A stretch of DNA of 64,000 bases from Marsupella aquatica (lineage: Eukaryota; Plantae; Marchantiophyta). Position 1 is the first letter of the stretch. Each line of letters opens with the position of its first letter. The stretch covers positions 12,244,834-12,308,833 of the forward strand of contig OZ316899.1 in NCBI GenBank assembly GCA_973895155.1. Direction: 5' to 3'. Position numbers and translations under genes: made by a program. Positions 22,501 through 35,320 of this stretch are shown piece by piece. Below the pieces are notes generated by a model that saw nothing but the letters and a program-made list of their open reading frames with translations, searched no databases and was not told the DNA's origin.

Positions 22501-23257
22501 ATATTCTGTGCATCAGAGTATACTTCACTCTTACTAACATCTACTACTGAATTGTCTAGCAAATGTCTCTACAGGGACAAGTCTAGTAGTGAATTCAATA
22601 GAGTCTCAGAAGTTTGCAACCGAATTCAATCACCACAGGAATCTCTCAAATTCATTTACAACTTAAATCACAAGTAGCTTTAGTTCCATACAAAACACTC
22701 TCTCATATTTTGTTAAAATGGAAGGAGGAAGATCTTACATCAAACTCATTCCTGAGTTTTTCTGTTTCTTCCCTGGTTTACTTCGAGAAGAACAGAGTTT
22801 AAGTACTTAAAGTAAGGGTTGCTAAAAGGTATGTCTTTTGGAAATGAGAATCAAAAGAGCACTTCTAAATAAATAAAATGAGTTCTCATTCTAGACTAAA
22901 TATTTCTAAAATTAAGCTAGAGATACTGCTAGGAAATCTGATGGACACTTCTGAAAGCGTCTGAATAAACAGTCACATGAGAGTGCGGGTGATCCTAGTA
23001 ACGTCCGGTTTGGGATGGATGCTTGCAGAAGCGTCCAGTTTCACATCAAATACTTGTAACATGGCGTCAAACAAACTTAAATTGCAAAAACAAATCAGGG
23101 GTAGCCTTTCACACTTGTGTTGCTCAAAATACCTATTGGCTATGTATGTTTTGTTGGGTGGTTGGATTCGGTTTGGCAGGACAAGGCATTGATGCATGAT
23201 GAACTGAAAAATAATGTTGCCATGTGCTGTTTTCTTTTCGGGGGGGGGGGGGGGCAA

Positions 23258-23910
23258 GATAGCTACATTGTTATCTTACGACAAAAGTTGGAGGATGGTA
23301 ACAAGGACATGGAGGCGTTGAAGAACAATGAATCATCTATTCTGAAGGGGATGGCAACATTTGACAAGCTCATAGATACCAGCAACAAGCGCTTTGAATG
23401 GGTACCAGAGAAGGTAGCTCGTCTAAAGTTGTGGAGTCACAGTTGGAAGCAGACTTGAAGCCCCTTGAGTTGTCTACAACAGCTCAAAAGTCTGAACTGG
23501 TTATTTTGGAGTCTCTTTTGTCCAATCCATGTCCCGTGTTGCAACCTCGCTTTGTTCCCACATCAACCGCAATAGTGGGAACGGAAGTGCTTGTGAGTAA
23601 TTGTCCAATTTGTTGCCACGGGTACCATTGTTTCAACTGGGTTCCAGCAAATTGTGGCCACATGTATCATCCACATTGTTTATTTACATTGTTGGGGGAT
23701 AAAACAAGAGCACCCTGTTGCTTTGGATGTGGGAAACCCTTTTTGGAAGATTGGGTTCCAAGTTGGGGTCTTCCAAACATAGGGCAGGACAAGTTGCCAT
23801 CGGGTGAAGGTGGCTATATTCAAGAGCTGAAGGGAACATACGGGGTAAACGGTGCCTGCTTGGGCAGACGTTGTCACCTTGTGCAACAAATGCAGTCCAC
23901 GCAAGCTCTG
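23258..23910 (+). pseudogene. Sola2 cargo gene, coiled-coil plus RING-H2 finger exon
   Basis: CPIC..NCGHMYHPHCL..CFGC fits C3H2C3 spacing; frameshift near 23400; GTATGT donor at 23911. Confidence 0.65.
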
Positions 23911-24616
23911 GTATGTAGAGGCACACTGTCATGTTTTAATTGGTATTTGGTTTCTAAGGTTCCGGTTTTGGGCCATGTAGTAAATTATGTCTTCATTTGT
24001 GTGTGCAGGAAGAAGCCCAAGTCCAAGCTGTGCGGTTGTGCAATGTGAACCACACTATTTCTGTGCATGAACAGGGTGCTCATGAGGATGACTCTCCTGA
24101 AATGCCAGCGTTGGATCCCACATTAATGAACTGCATGTGAGGAAGAAACAGAAGCAGGAGAGTGAATTAGCTAGCAAGGTGACCAGTACCCCATTGACAC
24201 CTCTTGAGCTTGGCACCTTGCCCTTTACTCCTGAGTTTGTGTCTCGTGTTTCATTCAGGCAACTGTTGAGCCTTGTTCAAACTGAAGCAGGAGAAACACC
24301 TCCACGGTCCAGCAGTACAACTGAATCCCTTGTTCTTCCTCCCAAGTGCTTGAACTCCAGGAAACGATTGCAGCTTCTTGTAAGAGACCCATAGCAAATG
24401 GAATCTGAGGGTTTTATGGGTACTATATATGAACTGAATAACATAGAATATTGTTTCATGTGCAGCAGATAAAATCAGGGTGGAAAACAAGAGCCAAAGC
24501 TGTGAATGGAGTCTAACCAATCAAGCAGGTAACTATTGGTTTTCTATCTCAAACCGTTTCCCTTTATGTCTTTGACTAGGGTTGTGACTATTTTGTTTGA
24601 AATTAGCTTGGACAGC

Positions 24617-25060
24617 AAGGCCTAAGGAGTTCAAGTCCTTTATAGGACCCAAGTCCTAGCCTGAGGACTTGAAGTCTATGGGCAAGAGCTCCAGTGAGTC
24701 CTTAGGGTCTTGGTAGAGTCAATGATAGAGTCCTTGGTCAAGGACCCTCAAGGACTTTGAAGGACCCCAAGTTCTTGTGGAAGGACTTTGAAGGACTTGG
24801 AGTCCTCGGGCAAGAAGTCGGAGGTCCTCGGGCAAGGACTGGACTCCGAGTCCTTGGGCAAGGGCTGCCAGTCTTGGGGAAAGGACTAAGAGTCGTCTTT
24901 GGGCACAACTCAGAGTCCTTGGGCAAGGAGTCAGAGTCCTGGGAACGACTATGGGTCCTTGTGGAATGACTCCAAATCCTTGTGGAAAGGGCTTTAAGTA
25001 CTGGCTGGGGGAATGACTTCAAGTACTCAGGGAAGGACTTGACGTCCATGGGGCTCTTGT
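24617..25060. repeat. Array of AAGGAC(T)/(A)GTCCTT motifs
   Basis: Many imperfect GGACT..AGTCC units between a CAG|GTAACT donor (24529) and a TTTTGCAG acceptor (25139). Confidence 0.8.
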
Positions 25061-25139
25061 AACCGGTTTCTTGTAATTGGAACTTCTACGGACACTTTTG
25101 AATTCTTGCTTCTGAGAATGAGGTGCTTCAGTTTTGCAG

Positions 25140-25580
25140 ATGGAGAAGCTTAGCCTGTATGATACTCTTCATGAAGTCAGGATAGATAGGATATGGGGTC
25201 TATGTGCCGGAGGCTTTACTTATGAAGGCTGTGGGGGAGGTTTGAGTGATGGTCGTCCCTGCACTTTGGGGAAGTACAAACACAGGTTGAGAATGCAGAA
25301 TCCCGAGTCACCATTGGGTCCTTGATCTCGCAGCAGACTTCAACACACCTGTACAAGGGATGGGGAAGGAACATACATGTACTGTTTTGCTGTGCAGGTT
25401 GGCAACATTGTGCTTCAAGTGAATGAAGCTAATGGTCAGCAATTGATGGGGATCACGGGCCAGGAGTACAGGGATTCAGACATTGATAGGAGAGACCAGA
25501 TTAGGGATCAGGTTTTGGCTGGGACTTGGATAACCAGATATGTCAAGGGTGACAGGGAAGCTGATCTGTCTTGCCTTTGA
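25140..25580 (+). pseudogene. Sola2 cargo exon(s), possible RPA70C-like OB fold
   Basis: TYEGC...RPC..KYKHRLRMQ / VGNIVLQVNEANGQQLMGITGQEY resembles the zinc-ribbon OB-fold pattern; recognised by eye only. Confidence 0.35.
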
Positions 25581-26148
25581 AGAAAGCAAAGTCAAGGATC
25601 CAGTAGACAAGTCACATGTGGCGCTAGGTGGCCTTAGCAGGCTAAAGAATGTTGTTGTTGACCTAGGGTCAGATATAGTGGATTTGTTCAGATCTTTTAG
25701 CATCAGAAAGTAGGCAGCCTCTACAAGCAAGGGGTTTGAGGATGGTTGGTTCAATGAATTGTGTCTTCAATGATACTTTGTTTTGGATTGAGGCCTTCAA
25801 AGCCTAGTTTTGATTGTAATAGGATGAGCATTTTATGCACCGTATCTTTTGTCACTTTGTATACTCCACGATTCAGTCTCTCCTTCCTCTGTTGGTCAAT
25901 ATGTGAGCTCACGTATCTTGCATAATGCAACAATGATCGTCAGCCCTAGTGGTCATTAGAAGTTTGTTCCTCTCATTCAAAGAGCTGTGTGGTTAAATTC
26001 TAATCGGTCATGTTCTGTCATTTTGTATGGCAACAACTGAAACTTAGCTTGATGTCATGTAATATTGAAAAATCAGAAGGTAACTAGCTCAATGTGGAGC
26101 TGAAGCGCCAGTGATTACAAAGCCACATTTAGTTGCTCTCAACTTGTG

Positions 26149-29100
26149 TGTCGCGCCCCTAACCCGGGCCTTAAATCCAGTTTAGCTCCATGGGGTGACC
26201 TTGACCACCAGTAGGGGTGAGGGTTCGGGCAAGGAGGTGTGTAGTGGCCTCGATTGGCCCTAAGTCGGGCTAAGGCAATATACTTACTGGTATAACACTC
26301 ACGCAACTCATACTAGTCATAGGTATATTTGTTTTCCACCGCTGGAATATTCCCACAGTTAGTGACTCGGACTAACTCCCAGCTTGGGGCTTTCAAGCCA
26401 TCGATGCGATAGAACCTTGTGACATGCAATGGGTGGCAATCCCTACCATTAGTCCACACCCGGTACGTCCCTTGAAATGGCGCCTTTGCTCAGACAAAGC
26501 ATACACACAACACCAGTTACTCGTGGAAACATTAGAGGGAAAAGACTACATTTACTCAGCGAAGAATCAGTTTACATATATAGTTGACTCGACTTCTAAG
26601 GGGGTCAGCAGGCCCAACGGCAGTCGATGCCCAGTCTCTACAAGGCCCCGCCCCGCACTTGCCCAGCAAGCTCGACTCTGGCTCTCACTCCTTGGTGCGA
26701 TATGCTTTGTCTGAGCAAAGGCGATAACTAAGCCTTCTCCCCCTCCCACAGCGGAAAGGGAAGCCTAAATACTACGGTTGCGGAAAGGAACCGGAAGATA
26801 CTACCTTCCGGGGTAATGCCTACTGACTAACTACCCTCTAACTAGCCGGCCGCACTCCTCTGACCGGTTGACCATCGACAACAAGGGCGCTGACCGGAAT
26901 GGCAGCAGCTAAGTCTACTGACCAAAATCTAGTCCGTTGATGGACTCTATCCTACGTTGGCTGATCCTAACTGATCCGGTCCTAATTCTTCCTACTGTGC
27001 CACTAATCGGTGCCTAATGACAACTATTCTGTTGTTACGCCTAACCAAAAGATGCCGCTGACTGAACCGCCTTGCGCGGCGCCTGCTTCCACCCTTCGCT
27101 AACCACCTCTTACGTGCGAGCTGTGGTCAGACTAGGGTTTGTCCCCCTGTCGGGGCGAGACCTCGAGCCGCCTTGATCAGAGGTGGGCCCAGGTCTTCCC
27201 CGCTGGAGGACGAGCAGGGTAATGCAATCCTGCAAGGCCTTGTTGTCCCGCACAGCCTCCTCCGCCTCGTTTGCAGCTTCATCAACCTTTGTCTGGAGCC
27301 GTGCTACCTCCAGGTTGAGCTGGTCGATGGAGTCATGATGGGTCTGGTCTTGCGCCAACAATTTATCCCGTTTGGCGGAGAGACTAGCCACCTGCTGAGT
27401 TGCTTGTAGGAATTGGTTGTTGAGGTCGGTCAGGCTGGTAACCTGAGCCGAGGATTCCGAGCGCAACTAAAGCACGATGTCGTCCAGCTTCTTGAGATCC
27501 ACTTGCGCCCTGCTCAACTCTTGGGTTAGTCCGTGCCGCTGTTCAACGGTGCGAACTAACTCCTCACAGCGGGTAGTGGCCTCCTCCTCGAGGTGTTCTA
27601 CCAGCATTTGGAGGCGCCCAATCTCATTCCCCCTCGCCATGAGTTCTTCTTCCAAGCGGCTTACAATCCGTGGTTGGTGCTCTAACATGAAGAAGGTTGG
27701 TTGCAAGTACGCCGAGACTTGTTGTCCAATGTACGTCGCCAGCTCCCCTGACAGAGTCTGACTAAACTTCTGGACCAGGTCGTAGGCCATGGTCCCCGGG
27801 GCTACTTGGTAGTCCTCCATCCTCTCGGGTACCGATGGTTCCTCGGGCGGGGTGGTGAGCTCCTCTGTAGTCTGCACTGGGGAAGGAAAGGTTTCCTCAG
27901 GTGGTGGAGGGATTGGGGGTGGCTGTACTGCGGGTAGCGGAGGCTTGACGGAAGGGGGCGGCGGAATTTCAGCAGGAGGTGGTGACGGAGTACTAGTCGG
28001 GGCCTCCGGCTTGGGGTTTGGCTGAGGCACGGTAGTCCGCTCGCTCGGGGATGCCTCCCTTGGAGCGGGGGTGACATTAGTCGGGGCTGAGGTGGCCATA
28101 TTCTTTCCTTTGGCCTCCCATCGTGCCTTGTACCAGGTGAGGATGATGGCGATATGACTTCCCAAGTAAGTCTTCCCCCCAATAGCCATACCTCCCTGAG
28201 CCCGCTTAAGCTCCCCCGAGAACCTTCGGTAAAAGAATTGGGCCCAGTTCCGCCGTTTGTACTATTCCACCTACATGATCATGCAAAGGGAGATCTCGGA
28301 TCGTGGCTCAATCATGTGTAGGGTAGTTCGTATGAAGTTAAGCCGCTCCATGTAGATTAAGTTGGTGCACGACCCCTGCTTGTATCCGTTGTCCGTCTCA
28401 CCTTCGGGTTTGAAGTGCCAAGGTGTATACTCCTTATCCCAAATTTGGAGTTCAACTGGCACCGGCCCGGTTGGCAGGCAGAATATCTGTGCCATCTGAT
28501 GCTCTGTAAGTGATAAGGTCTGTCCTGAAACCTTGGTGGTTGATGCGTCAGTGTCGAAATTGGAGATGAACTCACAAATCTCCTTGGGCCCGGCCACGCA
28601 CGGTCTCCATAGCAAGTGAGCAAACTGCTCCAACTGATGCTCCTTGAGGTAGTCTGCGTGGTCAAGTTTCTTGATTGCGATCCAGACTACCTCGGGGACG
28701 CAGATTACCTGTAATAAGTTAGACTTGGGATTATCCGGGGGCCGTTGGGCCTGGTTGGCCGGGGGGTTGGCCGGGGTAGGTGCACGAGCAGCGTTGGTTC
28801 GCGTTGTTGATTTGGGGGCCGGCGTCGTCCTTGCCTGCTTACGAGAACGCTGCTTGAGATGCGGACTAACTCGCTCGGAACCCGAAGAACACTCGGTGTT
28901 GTTCACGGGACGGACTTGGGACTGGGCTGAGGGGCTGGTGGGGTCGGTGTATCCATATCCCAGTTGAAGGCGTTGGAGCTTTCCCCGAGGAACGTAAGAT
29001 TACGCGCCGCTTCCCATTGTCTGCTGATGTCTTCTTGGTGCTTTTTGGCTGCGATTTGCTGGTCTAGGTACCCCGGGATCTTGTCAAACTCTGCCTGAGT

Positions 29101-29950
29101 AAGCCGCTGGCTGCCCTTCAGCCTAAAGAACTTCGCGGGGACTTCAAGAATCGCCTTTGCTACCGATCTAAGCCCTTCCTCGCTGAGATATAGCTCGGTG
29201 ATGTAGTCCCACAGCTCGTTGTAGCTAGAATCCCTAGTGATAGTTGTCTTCTCGTAGTTAACCTGCGCTACCTTGGCCACCAACTTTGTGTATCTTCTTT
29301 CATAAGCGGCTTTCTCGGGACAAGAGTACCAATAAGTCTCGGAGAACTTAGCACCTACCTCGCTAAACAAGGTCCAGAATCCCAAGGCTATAAGGGTCAT
29401 ACTAACCTTTGTAGTCTGGTTCGTCGAGTCCGCGTTTCCGTTGTTTGGTCCGCTTACTGGTGGAGGCCTTCCTTGCCCTGACTAAATCTTGCCACAACCT
29501 GCTCTTATCCCTTGATGATCTCCTTGTAAAGGTCAGCTTGATTCGAGCAAGAAGGCGAGAGAATGGCAGCGTCCGCAAATTTTGAAAGGTAGAAATGATC
29601 AAATGGCCCGTAGCGCCATCGACTTTGCTCTTATGGAGGTGCCAGGGTGAGCTTTGAGCGTGAGTGGGCAAGGTCGTTCCGGTCGTTGATGATGAGCATA
29701 AGTCAGCGTCTTGGTCCAAGCGTGATTCTTCTAACGGATTTTACTCCGCCGCCGCCACCGTACCGCGGTCGAGCGTAATAACCCTCTACTTTAATTCGTA
29801 ATCATCCGATCAACCAACCTACTCCTAACCTATTCATAATGGCAAAGACGGCTATTCGTGCTATTCTACGCTACGGCTACGGTCCTAATGATCGTATAAG
29901 ACCTAATCTATGACCTGCGTTCGGTTAAGTGACACGTTACCCGTGTCACA
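26149..29950 (-). mobile_element. Solo LTR, Gypsy family B (3802 bp)
   Basis: TGTCGCG...GTGTCACA termini with perfect TSD TTGTG (26144-26148 / 29951-29955); no gag/pol inside. Confidence 0.92.
27110..29400 (-). pseudogene. LTR-encoded accessory protein (family B)
   Basis: Collinear ORFs 29400-28903, 28906-28271, 28189-27467 and 27466-27110, homologous to the family A LTR protein. Confidence 0.85.
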
Positions 29951-30602
29951 TTGTGCCAACTGAATATGATCATCAGCAAGATCATTAGCCACAGTTACCC
30001 TTAGTATGGGGGAAATTTGAGCTGTGTGAATGCCTCAGGTTAATTTAGTCCTCTAATCCTCTAATAAAAGAAGCTATTCTGCATGCACTACCATCTTGGC
30101 CCATCACATTCTCAAGTCATTTTTGTACTGATGTTGTCCTCTAATCAAAGTCGGAAGGGTTTTGTTGTTGTTCTTTATGGACCACTCTGCTTTACACAAC
30201 CAATTTTGGCACGACAAAATAGTAGAAAATAGCTCCAAGAGGTTATATTACACTTGGGAAAAATTAAGGCAATGGTTGAACTAGATAACACACAGTTGGT
30301 GAATTTTGAAGTTTCTTCAGGGGTGGTTGGGTGCAGACAAAAAATGAACATTCCAATGCACTGGACAAGCTTATTGATTCCATTTGTCCGACAGGTTGCC
30401 ACCAGCACATGTTAACAACATACTATTCATCCTCAAATGAAATAAAGGTGGAAAAGAACTTATAGCCTTACATTAAATTTAGGAATGTTTTTACAATCTC
30501 ACTGTCTAGGAGCCTCGTGAAATGCTAAATAACTAGCCTACCCTACTACAATGACCTTCTATATGTCTTCATGTACAGCATGATCCATTAGTTTTACAGG
30601 AG

Positions 30603-33600
30603 CTACACCTGCAGCGATTCATAAATCGCTTCTAAAGTGTCTGAATCTAGTGTGTAAAATCTAGCACCTCGTCCCTTGCCTCCCTTGGGCACCTCACATG
30701 GTGTCAAACCAAATTGAATGTGAATTACTTCCCCTGGATGGCAGTGCTGAAAGGAGAAGCAAAATTGAAGATGAACTTGTTTTTTGATCCTGGATATGGT
30801 TGGAACCACCTTCCCTTTAAGGCCATGTCCCCTGCCTTGAATTGTACCTTGTACCCATTAGTGAAACTCTTTGTGACTGTGGAGCACCTCTTCACACTAA
30901 TAAATGTAGAAATCTACATTATCTTCATTTGGTTGACTTGCACAACATGCATAGAAATCTCCCAATTGGACACATTCTGGTAGAGAGAAGTTGTCACGCA
31001 GTCCTTCGCCCTCTCCCATGTTCTCCACATCAGCTCTGACATCTGCCTGCAATACCCCTTTGACCATCTCTAGGCAATACTTGCCTACCCATTCCTTGTT
31101 CTCACAATGCATTGGATCTTCATCAACACAAGCTACACAGAAACAACTGAGCTCCCAAACTTGCAACAGTGTTGACAGACTCTTACTAAATCCATCAAAG
31201 CAGTGCAAAGATCTACAATCCTTGATTGGATCACAATCCCACTTCTTCTGTCTATTTACAGTGCCAACAGGAATTTCCCAAAATATACGTCGAACAAGCT
31301 GCACATCACCATACTCCTGCAATTGACGAAGGGCAAACTTGTCCTTGCAAAACTTCACCACATCTGATGCACCCTCTAGACGATGACCATTCATGCCTTT
31401 TAGTTACTCAGTTGCAAGCCCGGTCTTAATGTGGCCGCCAAGAGCATCCTATTAAAGCATACAAGGAGCACAAATTAGAAAGTTTCTTACTTAGACTGCA
31501 AGTTTGGTCATCCAATTCCAATAGATATGTCACTCATTAGAAACCAACTAAGGCATGCATAGAATTGGGTGTAGAGAATGTTCCCTATAGATACTTACAG
31601 CAACACCCTTCCCATGGCCAGAGGCATGGAAGAACCATTTCATCCGTGCGCCAAACCGGGAGTAGTACCTACTAACGTAGTAAAATGGTCTGCAGGCCTT
31701 GAACTGAGATGCCGCCCCATCAGACCAAACCCAGTGTTGATCAACATGAATTCCCTTATTAGCCATCCACTCCCAGTGCGCATCCGTGTAGTGTTGCACA
31801 AAAAGAGTGTCATGACAATTATCATCACTAATGTAGAAATGGTAATCTGCTATAATATCACGAGTTTTATCAGCATTATGTGCTGCTTTCACAGGCCTAC
31901 CCATTGCAGCTTCAAGTGAATCGGCATCTTCCCTGTGTCTATAGGTAACATGGATTAACAATGTCACTTGCTTACTGTCCCAATGTTGACTCTCAGTCTC
32001 ATTCTGAGGCAAAAAAGTGTAATTTTTGGAGAAATCTACTGAAGAAACAATTGTCCCTCTTGGAAATGTTTTTAGACATTGTCTAAACTGTTGTGATTGC
32101 CAATGGGCTCCAAAGTTATGCACAATAAATGTCTTCATGGTATACATTATTGCTCTCTTAAAATCAACCATGGGAGTTTGCTTATAAACAATCCTCAATC
32201 GCCTATACTTCTTTGTTGCACTCTCTTCAGCCCCTTTCTTTTTTTCTCTCTTCTGTTGGGCAGTGTCATCCAGGTCACGATATTCAAATGTCTGCCATTT
32301 GATCATTTGATTTTGTGCAGGGTCCAACTCTTGAGTGCACCAATCCAACTTCTCTACTCCACATTCTTCACATTCACCCATAATACAGGCATTTTGGTGC
32401 CACTCTGTCTCAGGTAGTCTATGACAAAGAGATTCCTCTATCCAACCACGAACTGAGGTTATGAACTTTGTAGATGCCATACAAGAAGAGATGGGTACAA
32501 CACCCAAGGGTCTACAGGTATCACATTCACAAGGACAGTCCTTAATGTGCTGGTGCCACCTGAATTTGTCAATTGCCTCTTTGAGTAAGTCCATCTCCAC
32601 ATGTTGTTTGCAGCAACAAACATTGATGTCTTTCATCTTACGAACATAATATGGCTTGAAGTATATAAATGACCACATCCCTACAGACACCCCATTCTGC
32701 TCCCTTGTGCACCAGTCATGAAATGCTGAAAAAAATTGGAACTGCACATATACAAGACATACATTATTTTTGTTAGAAAGACTGGTAGGAACGGATACCC
32801 TCAAATATGCAGTCACAAAAACCCATGTATGTGGGTACTACTACTTCCTGAAGGACTTCAGTTCTGCCTGCAACTACAGTCCTTCAGTAAGGGTCCGAGC
32901 TCTTATTGGAAGACTCTACCAGGAGAGGTGAAGGACTAAAGTTCTTAGGGAAGGAGTAGAATCAATCTGGAAGGACTCAAGTACTCAATGCACTCGACTT
33001 AAAAACTTGGAACAGGAGTCCTCGGAAAAGGAGTAATGTCCTTGGAAAAGGAATAGAGTCCTTGGAAAAGAAGTAGAGTCCTTGAGAAAGGACTACAGTC
33101 ATTGGAAAAGGACTGTAGTCCTCAGAAAAGGAGTAGAGTCCTTGGAAAGGAGTAGAGTCCTTGATAAAGGACTATAGTCCTCGAAAAAGGAGTATAGTCC
33201 TTTTACACAGTCCTTTGGAAGGACTATTAAGGTCCTTGGGGAAGGACTACAGTCCTGACCATAGTCCTTCATCAAGGACTGTTAATAGTCCTTGACTAGG
33301 GACTACTAACAGTAGTCCTTTGTCAAAGGACCATAAGGAAAGACTTTGACAAAGGACTAAAGTCCCTAGTCCCGTACATAGTCCCTCCTGAAGGAGTTTA
33401 CCCCTTTGTCAAGGACCAAACTTCTTCCTAAAGGACTATATACAGGACATCAGTCCACAAAATTTATTCAAATCTTACCTTTACAACACACTGGGTACTT
33501 GTAGCGATCACAATGGCTGACTAACAAGGAAAACTACTCATCAAGGAGTGGAGATAAGAGTTCAATCAAATATGGCAAAATGGACATAACAGTTACATCA

Positions 33601-34779
33601 ATCACATAGAGTTTCTCACCTGTGTATCCTCCAGCCAGTGCATTTGATGTGTTTGAACCATTTTCCGTCCTAGTTGCAATCTGGCTTCATTATTGTTACA
33701 TGGAGAAATCCTAGTGTGAGTTTCCCAAAAGTGTTCCACTTGGATTCAAACTTCATCAGAAATCTTGTCTCAATGTACCTTTCTTTCCCCCATAGGATAC
33801 ATTTTTGTACTATCTGCATCAATCCTCATCTTAGATTCTCTATGAAGAATTTGCCGTTGTATACTTTGCAACAAGGTGGTCTTTGCGCTTCCCTGGCTTC
33901 ACTATGCTCAAGGTTTTTCTCACATCAATCACTGCAGCAGCTATAGCCCCATCTACTTTAGGTGAACCTAGTCGTGTCGGCTCGTACTTGTTCAAATATT
34001 TGTGTAACCAGACCCCAGATAGTACTGCCCTCCTTGCACCTAGATTGAATGTAGCAATCTTCTCCAGAATGTACCTAACTATATCTGATGAGACTGCTGT
34101 AATACACCTACGTACGCTTTCGATTGGGAGTTTCACGGTCATCAATAGCAGGGCGCTTCTTCCTTTCATATTCAATTCTCTTCCTGCCTGCATCCTTCCT
34201 TTTCTTCTCAAGCATGGCAGCTTGCTGCACTTGGCGATCACCGCCAGAGTTGTGACCTTGCTCACCTTCATTAAGTGGACCAATGTGGGCTGCCTGCACT
34301 TGTTTGCAATCAGTTTGGGTGCTCTGTTCTACCATTTGAATGTGGGCATCCTGTTCTAGAATGCTTGCACTCAGGGACCCCTGCCTAGACTCTAAAATCT
34401 CGGCAAGGCATGAATGTGCAGTCTCCATAAGAATTTCACTTTCTTCTCTGGCTGTACGCAAGACCATAGTGGCAGCTTCATGAGCCTCATTACTAATTCT
34501 GATCGCCTCTGATTGCCTAGCAACCAATATCTCTCTTTGCCTTGGGTTGCCATCAATTACTAAATCTTGGGATTGTTGCTTTGCACTCTCCATCATGACA
34601 TTGCATTGCTTTTGTGCCTCAAGAATCATTTCATCAGAGAGAGATGGTTGGTGACCACCTCCTTGGTGACCACTTGCTATCTGCTCTTGTTTTTTCAACT
34701 TGGATTCGTGGTTTGCCAATCTTTGCTTCTCCAGCTTCTCTCTTGCTAGGGCATCAGATACCTGATTAATTGTGACCAT
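30603..34779 (-). pseudogene. Sola2-type DDD transposase, three exons (introns 32742-33619 and 31449-31598)
   Basis: VDFSKNY..QNETESQHW..QVT, SDD..HD, WSDGAASQFK, and GHGKGVA|DALGGHIK rejoined across a GT-AG intron; HWLEDTQ|FQFF across the other. Cys-rich zinc motifs. Stop at 31404-31406 and frameshifts. Start approximate. Confidence 0.85.
32851..33455. repeat. Intronic tandem array, 20-bp unit GAGTCCTTGGAAAAGGAGTA (~9 copies at 33016-33200) plus dispersed GGACT/AGTCC motifs
   Basis: Directly visible; lies wholly inside transposase intron 32742-33619. Confidence 0.88.
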
Positions 34780-35320
34780 TTTGGCCTACTCATGTAACAT
34801 AAAGAAGGGATTGAGAAGCTCTGCACGGCCCCTGCTCCCACTCTTTGCTTGCATGTCAAGGAGTGCAATGCAAATTAACATGCGTGACTCAACATCGGCA
34901 CAATCAAAGGCTTGAAACAATCACAGTAGTCCCACTTTGACAGTCCCACTTTGATAGCCTAGCGTTGAACTTCCTTGTCACCTAGTACATACCATGCATT
35001 TCAATTTATAACGAGTACCTCACAAAATCTGAACGCATTTAATCTCTCCTGCTGTACCCTTCTTGAGGCCACCGCAACCTAGATCTGTTCTGTTCTCTTG
35101 AAAAACAAAAGCGAACTTGCATTTAAACTATTTCAATTCTGTCGATTCCAATGCAACTTCAAATCCTATTTCCAAACAAAAGCAAAGCAAGATTTAAAGT
35201 GGCACCTGGTGATTGAGTGACTGCTCGACCATCCTTGCCGTGCTCTTTTCCAATGTTCCATTCTGGAATCAAATGTCATCGACAAACCTACAAGCTCACA
35301 ACGTAATCAAATTTGCAGCT

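Noticed and set aside
24738-25049. ORFs across the GGACT/AGTCC array
   Set aside because: Products of repeat periodicity within a predicted intron
33016-33200. CRISPR-like array
   Set aside because: Head-to-tail tandem units without unique spacers, eukaryotic intron context, no cas genes
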